From assembly GCA_050950785.1 (NCBI GenBank), contig JBMNIG010000025.1:31775-95774 (forward strand): a stretch of DNA of 64,000 nucleotides, written 5' to 3'. The position numbers and the translations under genes were made by a program. Source of the DNA: Eubacteriales bacterium (lineage in GTDB: Bacteria > Bacillota > Clostridia > Oscillospirales > JAAYOS01). A model generated the notes under the pieces. The model had not been told where the DNA came from. It searched no databases and worked only from the letters and a program-made list of their open reading frames with translations. This document shows positions 10,112 to 20,196 of the stretch, one piece after another. The stretch's first letter is position 1, and each line of letters opens with the position of its first letter.

Positions 10112-11011
10112 TTACTCAGCAGGCAACGTGGGGAGTACGATTTTCATAAAGCGTTCAGCTGCAAGAGAAATCGGGACGTTGTTCATGTGAACAAGACCGA
10201 TTGCTCTTTGAGGGAGTTGCTCGTCAAGCTCAACTTTGCGAAGAACGCCATTCTTAAGTTCTTCTAAGATAAACTGCTCTGTGATACATGCAATACCAAG
10301 TCCGATTCGAGAAAATTCAATCAACAAATCAAGACTCCCAAGCTCAACAGCCGGCTTTAGCAATATATTTCTACTCTTAAAATATTCGTCAAGTTTTTGC
10401 CGGGTATTACTGGCCTTCTCTAATAAAAGCAGAGGATAATTTGTGAGAGTTTCAAGGTTTTTTATTTTGGAAACATGGTCAAAATATTTAGGCCCGGCGA
10501 CAAAACAATCGTTTATCGTCATACATGGTATGATAGTAAGTTGGGGATCATTCTCAATGGGCAGGTTAACAAACCCAATATCTACTTCGCCGTTTTTTAA
10601 TAGCTGGATGGTTTCTCTAGTTGTCCTGTTTGTTACATGTATTTCGAGATTTGGATAAGCCTCATGAAAAACATCAAGATAGTAAAGAAGATAATATTTG
10701 CAGATACTGTCGCTTGCCCCTATGTTGATTTGACCACGATCGAGATTGAGCATCTCCGAAAAACGCCTTTCGCCGCTTTTGAGTTGATCGAGTGCTCGCT
10801 CTACGTATTTAACTAATAACTCGCCCTCTTGTGTGAGTGTTATACCACGGGATCCACGGATAAACAGTCTGCCACCAAGCTCTTTTTCAAGTTGCTTGAT
10901 AGATTGAGTTACCGCAGGCTGGGAAATAAAGAGCTCCCGCGATGCCTGCGTCATACTGCCTGCACGGGCAACCGAATAGAAGATGCGATATAATTCAAGA
11001 TTTACGGCCAT
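10112..11011 (-). CDS. LysR-family transcriptional regulator
   Basis: 299 aa. N-terminal wHTH (LELYRIFYSVARAGSMTQASRELFISQPAVTQSIKQLE) plus a LysR substrate-binding domain. Confidence 0.9.
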   Translation of the reverse strand: MAVNLELYRIFYSVARAGSMTQASRELFISQPAVTQSIKQLEKELGGRLFIRGSRGITLTQEGELLVKYVERALDQLKSGERRFSEMLNLDRGQINIGASDSICKYYLLYYLDVFHEAYPNLEIHVTNRTTRETIQLLKNGEVDIGFVNLPIENDPQLTIIPCMTINDCFVAGPKYFDHVSKIKNLETLTNYPLLLLEKASNTRQKLDEYFKSRNILLKPAVELGSLDLLIEFSRIGLGIACITEQFILEELKNGVLRKVELDEQLPQRAIGLVHMNNVPISLAAERFMKIVLPTLPAE

Positions 11012-11037
11012 AAGTTCTCCTTATATCAAACATAATA

Positions 11038-11055
11038 ATTAGAAATTTTACTAAT
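11038..11055. promoter_or_regulatory. Candidate LysR-type operator (T-N11-A-like dyad)
   Basis: ATTAG-N8-CTAAT dyad in the divergent intergenic region between the LysR gene and the CofE-like gene. Confidence 0.35.
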
Positions 11056-11202
11056 CGGTCAGTTTCAAGTATAATAGATGCCGTAAGGGCAGTCAATTAT
11101 TTTTGAGCAAGAAATTTTCGAGAGATCGATTCAAGAAATCAAAAAGAAAATAGCGATATTAAAAAGTTTGAAGTTTTAATTACCGGGATTTGGAGGAAAG
11201 AC

Positions 11203-12378
11203 ATGAGGGCTACAGGAACGCTGGCAAGGGGTATACGAACACCAATTATAAGGCAAGGCGACGACTTGGTGGAAATCGTTGTTGACTCTTTACTTAAAGC
11301 GGCAAAGGACGAAGGCTTTGCCTTTAATGATAGGGACGTAGTGGGGATCACAGAGGCTGTAGTTGCAAGAGCACAGGGCAACTATGCAACTGTTGATCAG
11401 ATCGCCGGTGACGTGCGTAAACAGACCAAGGGCGGAACGATCGGTGTTGTTTTTCCCATACTTAGCCGCAACCGGTTTTCGCTTATTTTACAGGGTATTG
11501 CCAAGGCCGCAGAAAATGTAGTGCTTGTGCTTAGCTATCCGTCGGATGAGGTGGGAAACCCTCTTGTTGACATGGATGCGCTGGATGAAAAGGGAGTAAA
11601 TCCATATACCGACAGCTTTACTGAGGAGCAATGGAGCAAGCTGTTCGGTGGTTATAAACACCCATTTACAGGAATCGATTATGTTGAGTTTTACAAACGA
11701 TTTGGTAATAATATTACAGTTGTTTTTTCAAACGACCCTAAACATGTCCTGCATTACACAGATAAAGTAATCGCATGTGACATACACACCAGAAACCGGA
11801 CGAAGAGGATCCTGAAAGCCGCAGGAGCATCCATTGTACTTGGATTGGATGATATTTTGGCAGAACCTTTTGAGGGCAGCGGTTATAACGAGCACTACGG
11901 GCTGTTGGGATCCAATAAAGCTACTGAAGATTCGGTCAAGCTTTTTCCGCGGGATTGTTACGCATTCGTACAACAAGTAGCAAAGCGACTAAAGGATGCC
12001 ACATCAAAAAATATTGAAGTTATGGTCTATGGAGACGGAGCATTCAAAGATCCTGCAGGAGGGATTTGGGAACTTGCTGATCCGACTGTATCTCCAGCTT
12101 ATACCGATGGGCTTTCCGGAACACCCAATGAGATAAAGTTGAAATATTTGGCGGACAACCGCTTTGCAAACTTGCAAGGTCAGGAGTTGGAGAGTGCCCT
12201 AAAAGATGAAATCCTTAAAAAGGATAGAAATCCGGGGGGAAGTGTAGATTCGGAAGGAACGACACCCCGAAAAATTACAGACCTCCTGGGCAGCTTGTGC
12301 GATTTAGTAAGCGGAAGCGGAGATAAGGGAACTCCTGTGGTTTTGGTTCAAGGGTATTTTAACAATTTCGCTATGTAG
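11203..12378 (+). CDS. CofE-like (F420-0:gamma-glutamyl ligase family) protein of unknown role
   Basis: 391 aa. The N-terminus (GTLARGIRTPIIRQGDDLVEIV .. VVGITEAVVARAQGN) resembles the CofE fold. This rests on remembered motifs only. Confidence 0.5.
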   Translation: MRATGTLARGIRTPIIRQGDDLVEIVVDSLLKAAKDEGFAFNDRDVVGITEAVVARAQGNYATVDQIAGDVRKQTKGGTIGVVFPILSRNRFSLILQGIAKAAENVVLVLSYPSDEVGNPLVDMDALDEKGVNPYTDSFTEEQWSKLFGGYKHPFTGIDYVEFYKRFGNNITVVFSNDPKHVLHYTDKVIACDIHTRNRTKRILKAAGASIVLGLDDILAEPFEGSGYNEHYGLLGSNKATEDSVKLFPRDCYAFVQQVAKRLKDATSKNIEVMVYGDGAFKDPAGGIWELADPTVSPAYTDGLSGTPNEIKLKYLADNRFANLQGQELESALKDEILKKDRNPGGSVDSEGTTPRKITDLLGSLCDLVSGSGDKGTPVVLVQGYFNNFAM

Positions 12379-12448
12379 CGATCAAATATATGCAAAAATT
12401 TCAGATTGACGACTAATGACAACTTTTAGTGAAGCGGTGGGTGAAGAA

Positions 12449-15400
12449 ATGTCGGTATTCAGATGTTATACAGAGAAGAAACCTGGCTTTGAAGTTGAGG
12501 CCAACAGGCTGCGAAGTGATCTTGTTGATCTATTTGGTCTGAAGACTGATTACATCAGACTTTTCAACCGATATGATCTCGAAGGAATCGATACCCGGTC
12601 ATATAATGAGGCAAAGCACTCAATACTGTCAGAACCGCAAACTGATTTTTTCTACGATGAGAAACTTCCCCAGCTACATGGGGAGCACTTTATAGTGGCT
12701 GTTGAAGTCCTTCCGGGACAGTATGATCAGCGTGCAGACTCATGTGCACAATGTATTCAGATCATGACCCGGGGTGAGCGCCCGGTGGTCAAGACCGCCA
12801 AAATATATGTTTTTGGTGGGAGTTTCTCAAAGGAAGAGACGGATCTGATTGAAAAATATATCATCAATCCGGTTGATTCAAGGAAGGCCTGCATGTCCAA
12901 GCCAGATACTCTCGCCATGGAATTGGAACCACCCAAGCAGGTTGAAATCATAAACGGATTTATAGATTTTGACGCAGCGGAACTTGTTTCTGTACAGCAG
13001 CGTTATGGTCTTGCCATGGATATTGAAGACTTACTGTTTTTGCAGAAGTATTTTATTTCTGAAAACAGAAACCCAACACTGACAGAGCTCCGTGTTGTTG
13101 ATACATATTGGTCCGATCATTGTCGTCACACAACGTTTTCCACCCATATCATAAACACTGAAATCCAGGACGAAAGAGTCAACAGAGCATTCACAGAATA
13201 CCTCAATGCACGTCGTGAAGTTTATGGCGACGCCGCTGAAAGCAGACCCGTAACTCTGATGGATATTGCCACAATGGGCATGAAGTTGCTTAAAAAGCGC
13301 GGTTTGCTTCCACATCTTGATGAGTCTGATGAAATCAATGCCTGCAGTGTAAAGGTAACAGCAAGTATTGATGGGAAACCTGAGCAGTGGCTTTTGATGT
13401 TCAAAAACGAGACTCACAACCATCCAACCGAAATCGAACCCTATGGCGGTGCGGCAACTTGTCTTGGTGGTGCCATACGCGACCCTCTCTCGGGTAGAGC
13501 GTATGTGTATCAAGCTATGAGGGTGACGGGATCTGGTGATCCCACTGTTCCCATATCCGAAACTTTGGAAGGAAAGCTCCCTCAAAGACAAATCACAACT
13601 ACCGCAGCATTGGGATACTCATCTTACGGAAACCAGATCGGTGTTGCTACCGGGCTTGTGCAGGAAATCTATCACCCGGGATATATAGCAAAGAGAATGG
13701 AAATAGGTGCAGTAGTGGGGGCGGCACCTGCAAGTAATGTGGTTCGCTCCCGTCCCGAGCCTGGAGACCTAATTGTGCTATTGGGCGGACGTACAGGCCG
13801 CGACGGCTGCGGAGGAGCTACAGGCTCATCAAAGTCGCAGACACTTTCGTCTATAGAGGAGTGTGCTGCTGAGGTTCAAAAGGGCAATCCTCCCGAGGAA
13901 CGGAAAATACAACGCCTCTTCCGAAATCCTGAGGTGACTCGTCTGATAAAGAAGTGCAATGATTTCGGAGCAGGCGGTGTGTCCGTTGCGATAGGAGAGC
14001 TTGCGGATGGACTGTGGATCGACCTCGACTGTGTGCCTAAGAAATATGAAGGACTGGACGGAACGGAGCTTGCCATATCGGAGTCACAGGAACGAATGGC
14101 TGTCGTTGTCGCTGAAGGTGACGTTGATAAATTAATACATCAAGCAGGTAAAGAGAACTTAGAAGCTACTGTAGTAGCACGTGTTACTGAAGAACCCCGG
14201 CTCCGGATGTCCTGGAACGGTCAGGTTATAGTAGATATAGACAGAGAGTTTTTAAATACCAACGGTGCGACAAAGCGTATGGATGTGCATGTGGTGTCAA
14301 AATCACATACGCAGGGAAATGAGAAGGGTTGCGCCCAGATCAACTTTGGAGTTGATAATGATTCAGTAGAAAAGGAAGGGGAGAAGGCTCTTACTTCTGA
14401 GAAATTTGAAAAGATTCCAGAGACAAAGTCTGGTTCAGTTGAGGAGCGTCTACTCAAACTAGTTTCCGATTTGAATACAGCTTCACAGCGGGGACTTGTA
14501 GAACAATTCGACTCTACGGTGGGTTCTGCATCCGTCCTTGTCCCCTTTGGCGGGCAAACACAAAGAACCCCTACACAGGTAATGGCAGCACTACTTCCTG
14601 CACATAGTGGCGATTGCACGACATGCTCGGTAATGTCATTTGGTTTTGATCCATATCTCTTAGAGCATGATCCTTTTGAGGGAGCAGCTACAGCGGTTGT
14701 GCAATCGGTATCAAGACTTGTGGCTTCCGGTTGTGATCATAAAAATGCTTATCTGAGTTTTCAAGAGTACTTTGAGCGCCTTGGGACCGATCCAAAGCGG
14801 TGGGGGAAGCCTTTTTCAGCTCTACTGGGCGCATTTACGGCACAGGCCGGCCTGAAAATAGCCTCAATAGGAGGCAAGGACTCGATGTCAGGGTCTTTTA
14901 TGGATATGGATGTACCACCTACTTTGGTCTCATTCTCGATAGCAACGGAGGATGCTGCGACCATTATTTCACCCGAGTTCAAGTCGGCGGGCAACCCGGT
15001 CTATGTTTTTTGTGCGGCTTCTGCCTTTGATTTTGAAGGCTTGAAAAATATATGGGATCATGTGTACCATTTGATAAAGTCCGGTAAAGTGATTTCAGCA
15101 TGGGCAGCTGGTCGAAACGGTATTGCTGAAGGCCTTGTGAAGATGTCTTTCGGAAATCAAATTGGATTTAGGGCGAATAGCAATATATCGGCGGACCACT
15201 TCTTTGAAAAAGCATATACATCCATAGTCGTTGAGGCTACGGAACCCCTCGAGACCGGGTTCCATATCGGCCATACGACTGCTGAACCGGCAATTGAAAT
15301 CGAATCAAAGAAGGTTTCACTGAACAAGCTCCTTAGAACTTGGGAAGCACCTTTGGAAAAGGTCTTTCCAACCCGAGTTCCTAATAGTGGCAAGGTAGAA

Positions 15401-16249
15401 GTTGTATCTTGCTATGACCGCAGTCCGCTTTTGCTAGCTAGCAATATTCCACAACCGCTTGCGCTTATTCCGGTATTTCCCGGGACTAACTGTGAATATG
15501 ACACAGCAAAGGCAGTTGAGGCTGCGGGAGGCAGGGCAGAGATATTGGTTATCCGAAACCTTAGTTCACAAGCTTTGGAGCAGTCGGCTGAATACTTTGC
15601 CAAACGCATTGCCGAAGCTCAGATGATCATACTGCCGGGGGGATTCTCGGGCGGAGATGAGCCCGACGGGTCTGCTAAGTTCATCGTCTCCTTCTTCAGA
15701 AACCCTTCAATAGCTGAGGCAACACATGATCTATTGTATAAAAACGACGGCCTGATGCTTGGTATTTGTAATGGATTTCAAGCCCTGGTCAAGCTTGGTC
15801 TTCTGCCATTCGGCTATATAAGACAGATGGATGAGAGCTGTCCAACCCTAACATTCAATACAATTGGCCGTCACCAATCAAGGTATGTTCTCACTCGTGT
15901 AGCTTCAGTCAAATCACCATGGCTTTCACAGTGCTCGGTGGGGGATGTACATGCTGTTCCGGTTTCCCATGGTGAGGGACGTTTTGTAGCTCCCGAGAGT
16001 GTTCTTAAGTCGCTTATTGACAACGGGCAGATCGCATTTCAATATACTGATTCCATGGGTGATCCTTCGATGGATATCAAATATAATCCCAACGGATCGC
16101 TATATGCCATTGAGGGTGTTATCAGTCCCGACGGGCGCATTTTAGGCAAAATGGGACACACCGAACGTGCGGGAAAATATATCGCCAAGAATATTCCGTT
16201 CAATAAATCCCAACGGTTGTTCGAGGCAGGAGTCGACTACTTTAAGTAA
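12449..16249 (+). CDS. purL: Phosphoribosylformylglycinamidine (FGAM) synthase, large single-chain form
   Basis: About 1266 aa. Has ETHNHPTEIEPYGGAATCLGGAIRD, GRDGCGGATGSS and a C-terminal glutaminase domain (LGICNGFQAL .. HGEGRF). ATG at 12449 follows GGTGGGTGAAG. Confidence 0.93.
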   Translation: MSVFRCYTEKKPGFEVEANRLRSDLVDLFGLKTDYIRLFNRYDLEGIDTRSYNEAKHSILSEPQTDFFYDEKLPQLHGEHFIVAVEVLPGQYDQRADSCAQCIQIMTRGERPVVKTAKIYVFGGSFSKEETDLIEKYIINPVDSRKACMSKPDTLAMELEPPKQVEIINGFIDFDAAELVSVQQRYGLAMDIEDLLFLQKYFISENRNPTLTELRVVDTYWSDHCRHTTFSTHIINTEIQDERVNRAFTEYLNARREVYGDAAESRPVTLMDIATMGMKLLKKRGLLPHLDESDEINACSVKVTASIDGKPEQWLLMFKNETHNHPTEIEPYGGAATCLGGAIRDPLSGRAYVYQAMRVTGSGDPTVPISETLEGKLPQRQITTTAALGYSSYGNQIGVATGLVQEIYHPGYIAKRMEIGAVVGAAPASNVVRSRPEPGDLIVLLGGRTGRDGCGGATGSSKSQTLSSIEECAAEVQKGNPPEERKIQRLFRNPEVTRLIKKCNDFGAGGVSVAIGELADGLWIDLDCVPKKYEGLDGTELAISESQERMAVVVAEGDVDKLIHQAGKENLEATVVARVTEEPRLRMSWNGQVIVDIDREFLNTNGATKRMDVHVVSKSHTQGNEKGCAQINFGVDNDSVEKEGEKALTSEKFEKIPETKSGSVEERLLKLVSDLNTASQRGLVEQFDSTVGSASVLVPFGGQTQRTPTQVMAALLPAHSGDCTTCSVMSFGFDPYLLEHDPFEGAATAVVQSVSRLVASGCDHKNAYLSFQEYFERLGTDPKRWGKPFSALLGAFTAQAGLKIASIGGKDSMSGSFMDMDVPPTLVSFSIATEDAATIISPEFKSAGNPVYVFCAASAFDFEGLKNIWDHVYHLIKSGKVISAWAAGRNGIAEGLVKMSFGNQIGFRANSNISADHFFEKAYTSIVVEATEPLETGFHIGHTTAEPAIEIESKKVSLNKLLRTWEAPLEKVFPTRVPNSGKVEVVSCYDRSPLLLASNIPQPLALIPVFPGTNCEYDTAKAVEAAGGRAEILVIRNLSSQALEQSAEYFAKRIAEAQMIILPGGFSGGDEPDGSAKFIVSFFRNPSIAEATHDLLYKNDGLMLGICNGFQALVKLGLLPFGYIRQMDESCPTLTFNTIGRHQSRYVLTRVASVKSPWLSQCSVGDVHAVPVSHGEGRFVAPESVLKSLIDNGQIAFQYTDSMGDPSMDIKYNPNGSLYAIEGVISPDGRILGKMGHTERAGKYIAKNIPFNKSQRLFEAGVDYFK

Positions 16250-16270
16250 GAAATCGTAGCATAAAAATTG

Positions 16271-16318
16271 GACGTGTCATTAAGGGTTATATAACCCATA
16301 TGACACGTCAAAAATTTT
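16271..16318. terminator. Long perfect hairpin between convergent purL and the ABC permease gene (bidirectional terminator)
   Basis: GACGTGTCAT..GGGTTATATAACCC..ATGACACGTC, followed by AAAAATTTT. Confidence 0.75.
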
Positions 16319-16443
16319 GTTTTGTATGATTGTGGAGAGCGATACTTCGCACAGTTATTGACGTAAGCTCAGGTCTTTGACTCGAACTTATATTCGTATG
16401 TGATATGCTTACCATTAGGCAGACAGTTTTAATATCTGCATAT

Positions 16444-17799
16444 TCAATTTTTGTTGCTGCGTAGCATGCCAATCACCTTAGCAATGCTTGGTGGATTACC
16501 TTTGTAAAGTGACAACATACTATAAATTTTCCCTGCCAAAAGCACAAACGCAAATGAGCACATCAAAACAATAGCGAGGGAACCAAGGGCAGCGGCTATG
16601 GAAATATCACCAAGGAGAACTCTACTGGGAGTAACTAAGATTGCTGTCAGAGGGAACCAGTTAAGCCATTGCTCAGATGAGGACAATACATTGACCATGC
16701 CTCCGGCATATATGGAGCAGAAAAAGCTTATCACGAGTGCAAGCGTAAACAGCATATTTGTTGAGGACAGGTCTTCCGGTTTGCTTGCCATAGATCCGCC
16801 GATGGCAGCCAGGGAACAATACAGGAGAAATCCGGCAATGACGATCAGAAGGGCTATGAAAATAGTTGGCAAGCTAAACATTCCTGAGAAAATACTAAGG
16901 GATCCAAATAACTTGATCAGTCCCATTTCTGTATTTGGGTCGATCAGTTTAACGATATGTGTGCCGGCAGCAAAACCGCCGATCAAACCTGCTATCCAAA
17001 TTGCCAATTGCATGAGGCCTGAAAGGGCGATTGCAAGCACCTTTCCCATAACCATTGCAGCAGGCTTTACAGCAACTAAAAAAGTATCCATCAAGTTTGA
17101 TGTTTTTTCCATAATAACGCTATTTGCAACACCCTGGCCATACAGCAAAATCATAAAGTAAAGCACCATAATGTTGAGATATGGTATTGCTATGGCCATG
17201 ATTTCCTTGGCGACGTCCGATCCACTTGCCGGTTGAGCGTTTTCGGCCCTTGCTGCGACTTCAATTTCTACAGGTACCGCTAATTCCGTGACTTGGCTAA
17301 GGTCTACACCTGATTTCTTGATCAAGACGAATTGAAAGTTTGAGTATATGAATCTTCGATAAGCCTCAGCGTCGTCTATATTCAAAGCTGTCTTTTCAGG
17401 GAGGATCACATTTATACTGTACCCCCAGTCTGACCTATCAATAATCAGAAGAAGTGTCAGATCTCCGGCTTGCTGAAGTGCCTTATCTTCATTGCTGCCA
17501 AAATTCACATATGAAAAATGACTATAACCCTCAATGCCCAAATCATTTAAAAAGCTTAGGTCTTCAACAGGTTCAGAAGATCTATCAATAACAAAGATTT
17601 CATTTGCATTACATGAAATACTAGGGGACACATCACTCTTATCACTGCCGATCACTTCAACCAATGACATAACTATTATGGGAATAAGCAAACACAGGAG
17701 GGCTACTATAATTGTGGCATTCCTGTAGCCTTTTTTTCTGACTTGCTGTGAAAAAGTAAAGGAGAAGATTCTTGGAAAGCCTTTAAGTCCGGTGTTCAT
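16444..17799 (-). CDS. ABC-2 type transporter permease (NatB/YhaP-like)
   Basis: 451 aa. N-terminal TM, a large extracytoplasmic domain and a C-terminal cluster of 5-6 TM segments. Lies downstream of a NatA-like ATPase. Confidence 0.75.
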   Translation of the reverse strand: MNTGLKGFPRIFSFTFSQQVRKKGYRNATIIVALLCLLIPIIVMSLVEVIGSDKSDVSPSISCNANEIFVIDRSSEPVEDLSFLNDLGIEGYSHFSYVNFGSNEDKALQQAGDLTLLLIIDRSDWGYSINVILPEKTALNIDDAEAYRRFIYSNFQFVLIKKSGVDLSQVTELAVPVEIEVAARAENAQPASGSDVAKEIMAIAIPYLNIMVLYFMILLYGQGVANSVIMEKTSNLMDTFLVAVKPAAMVMGKVLAIALSGLMQLAIWIAGLIGGFAAGTHIVKLIDPNTEMGLIKLFGSLSIFSGMFSLPTIFIALLIVIAGFLLYCSLAAIGGSMASKPEDLSSTNMLFTLALVISFFCSIYAGGMVNVLSSSEQWLNWFPLTAILVTPSRVLLGDISIAAALGSLAIVLMCSFAFVLLAGKIYSMLSLYKGNPPSIAKVIGMLRSNKN

Positions 17800-17801
17800 A
17801 A

Positions 17802-19157
17802 CTAATAAGCCTCCTTTTCTTTACCTTTTCTTGACATGGATATCAGCTCTTTGAATTTGATACGGTTGCCCATATGGATGATCAAGTCGGCATATACCTT
17901 TGAACAGAACCAGGAAAGATAAATAATGACCAAGATCTGAATGACCCATGACAGCATGAGTATGCCTAAACCAATGTCACCAAAAACATATTTGATCGGC
18001 GCAGTAAAAATTGAAATGATCGGGAACAGAGATAGAAAAACAGAAACTCCGGGGCTACCAATAAACGCAGTAAAGCTGGACACTATGTAACCAAACAATA
18101 CAATAAGAACTACGGACATATAAGCGCTGTCCATATCCTCCATGCTTGCACAGCAGGAGCCCGAAAGTCCGCTGATGATTGAAACTGTGAGATAGGCCAA
18201 TGCAAGCGATACAAGTATAATAACAATTGTCATTGGACTAATATTCAAAGCACCTGAAGTAATGCCGGATTGCTGTAACAAGTGCCCGATGGATGAGACA
18301 TCCAGGAATTTGCTGCTTGTAAACCAGGACAGAGCAAAACCGCCCAATAGCGTGACAAGCAGCAGGAAAATATAAGTCATTACGGCCAGTATTTTGCCGG
18401 CGATCAACGCCAGCGGCTTTACACTGACCATCAACACCTCTACCAATTTTGAGTCTTTTTCTTCGATGATTGCCCGGATGATATAGCTCGAAGAGAACAT
18501 ACAAAGTATAAGAACGAGTATGGAGTAGGCGTACTGTATAGCAAACTTAGATTCACTGTTTGCGCTGTTGTCAAAGTCCTTGAGCTCGTCCATAGTCATA
18601 GAAGCTGCATAATACTCCGACATGATTATCGCCATCTGCTTTTCCGAAATGCCAAGGCTTTGTAGCCGTGATTGGTCAAACAACTTTGATATATAAGAAG
18701 CCAAATAATACAGATCCGAATCTTCAAGTATAGTATTATCAGCTACATAGGATTTGACTAGATACGAATTTTTCGAGATGTCAAAGCTTATCTCAACAAA
18801 AACTTCATCAGCAGTTAGATGCTCTTTATATGTATCTGTATCAAAATCCGTATTGTAAAACTCGATACTACTCCAAACATCATCTGATTCCACATTGTCT
18901 TTTGCGATTTCATAACTTGTATAGTTACGTATCCATACAGCTGAAATGCCAGTATCGTTAAGAGCAGTATCAACTGTAGTTGTAGTGCTGCTATCGCCCA
19001 TAACAAGCGACATGACCGGAACACTTACTAGTACTGCAATAAGTAATATAGCAGTAACAATAATATTGGATTTACTTTTAGAATACTGCTTTAGTGTAAA
19101 TCTATAAACCTTGCCTGTTCCGGTAAAATCGTTTTTACTCAGATACATGGTTTTCAC
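17802..19157 (-). CDS. ABC-2 type transporter permease (second paralog)
   Basis: 451 aa with the same architecture as the neighbouring permease. Overlaps the 3' end of the ATPase gene. Confidence 0.75.
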   Translation of the reverse strand: MKTMYLSKNDFTGTGKVYRFTLKQYSKSKSNIIVTAILLIAVLVSVPVMSLVMGDSSTTTTVDTALNDTGISAVWIRNYTSYEIAKDNVESDDVWSSIEFYNTDFDTDTYKEHLTADEVFVEISFDISKNSYLVKSYVADNTILEDSDLYYLASYISKLFDQSRLQSLGISEKQMAIIMSEYYAASMTMDELKDFDNSANSESKFAIQYAYSILVLILCMFSSSYIIRAIIEEKDSKLVEVLMVSVKPLALIAGKILAVMTYIFLLLVTLLGGFALSWFTSSKFLDVSSIGHLLQQSGITSGALNISPMTIVIILVSLALAYLTVSIISGLSGSCCASMEDMDSAYMSVVLIVLFGYIVSSFTAFIGSPGVSVFLSLFPIISIFTAPIKYVFGDIGLGILMLSWVIQILVIIYLSWFCSKVYADLIIHMGNRIKFKELISMSRKGKEKEAY

Positions 19158-20130
19158 CGCCGGCTATTTCAACAAAAATCTCGTGAAGTGATGGCTCGCG
19201 CAGTTCGAAGGTTATGACTGTAATTTGATCTGCAATCAATCTAGCAAGCAGACTGTTTGCCTGATGTTCACCTGAAACCTTCAAGCGGTACTCATACTCC
19301 TTCTCCGAGACGATGTCAATATTTGACTGTTTTATGTAATCGGTAATGTCCTGCTCAGTTTTGAGTGTCAAATTCACTCTTCCATAGCTTTTCTTTATAT
19401 CATTTAAATTGCCCTGCAAAACAGCCTTGGATCGGTCGAGGATGGTGATATCGGTACAGAATTCTTCGACTGCCGCCATTTGGTGACTTGACATTATTAT
19501 ATATTTTCCTTTTGCGATTTCTTCACGGATGATCGATTTAAAGAGGTCTGTATTTAGAGGATCCAACCCGGAAAATGGTTCATCGAGTATTATCAAATCG
19601 GGGTCCGAAATCATAGCGATCATAAGTTGGATTTTCTGCTGATTACCTTTTGACAGCTGATCCGCTTTTTTTGGCTTCTGCGACTTTGCCTTTGCGAAAC
19701 GGCCCATTCTTATTGATTTTTGATCGGTATGGGAGAAGTCTGCCGAGGCTGTACCCGGATATAGATATTCCTCCGCATCAAGGCGCTGTGCAAGTTCCTT
19801 GATTCGTATTTTTGCTTGAGATTTCGACAAGCCACGAAGAGCGGCAAAATAAAAAAGTTGGTCCATGAGATCATATTTTGGATAAAGACCTCTCTCTTCT
19901 GCGAGATATCCCACGTTGCATGTGGCAGTATTCAGAGGCGAGTTGTTCCACAAAACTTTACCGCTGTCTCTAGCCAACATACCAAGCATCATACGTATCG
20001 TAGTTGTTTTTCCGGCGCCGTTTGTCCCTAAAAGCGCATAGACACCGGGCTTATGCAGCTCGAAGCTAAGATCATCTACGACTGTTTTGCTACCGTATTT
20101 TTTTGTAAGTCCGCTTACAACAAGGCTCAT
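19135..20130 (-). CDS. ABC transporter ATP-binding protein (NatA-like) with an insertion before the signature motif
   Basis: Walker A GTNGAGKTT, signature LSKGNQQK, Walker B LIILDEPFSGLD. There is an extra basic segment of about 30 aa (YPGTASADFSHTDQKSIRMGRFAKAKSQKPKK). Confidence 0.88.
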   Translation of the reverse strand: MSLVVSGLTKKYGSKTVVDDLSFELHKPGVYALLGTNGAGKTTTIRMMLGMLARDSGKVLWNNSPLNTATCNVGYLAEERGLYPKYDLMDQLFYFAALRGLSKSQAKIRIKELAQRLDAEEYLYPGTASADFSHTDQKSIRMGRFAKAKSQKPKKADQLSKGNQQKIQLMIAMISDPDLIILDEPFSGLDPLNTDLFKSIIREEIAKGKYIIMSSHQMAAVEEFCTDITILDRSKAVLQGNLNDIKKSYGRVNLTLKTEQDITDYIKQSNIDIVSEKEYEYRLKVSGEHQANSLLARLIADQITVITFELREPSLHEIFVEIAGGENHVSE

Positions 20131-20196
20131 AACATAAACTCCTTTGAAGTGTCAATCATTGAAAATAGCGGTGCCTGTACAGCTTTAGCCATATCA

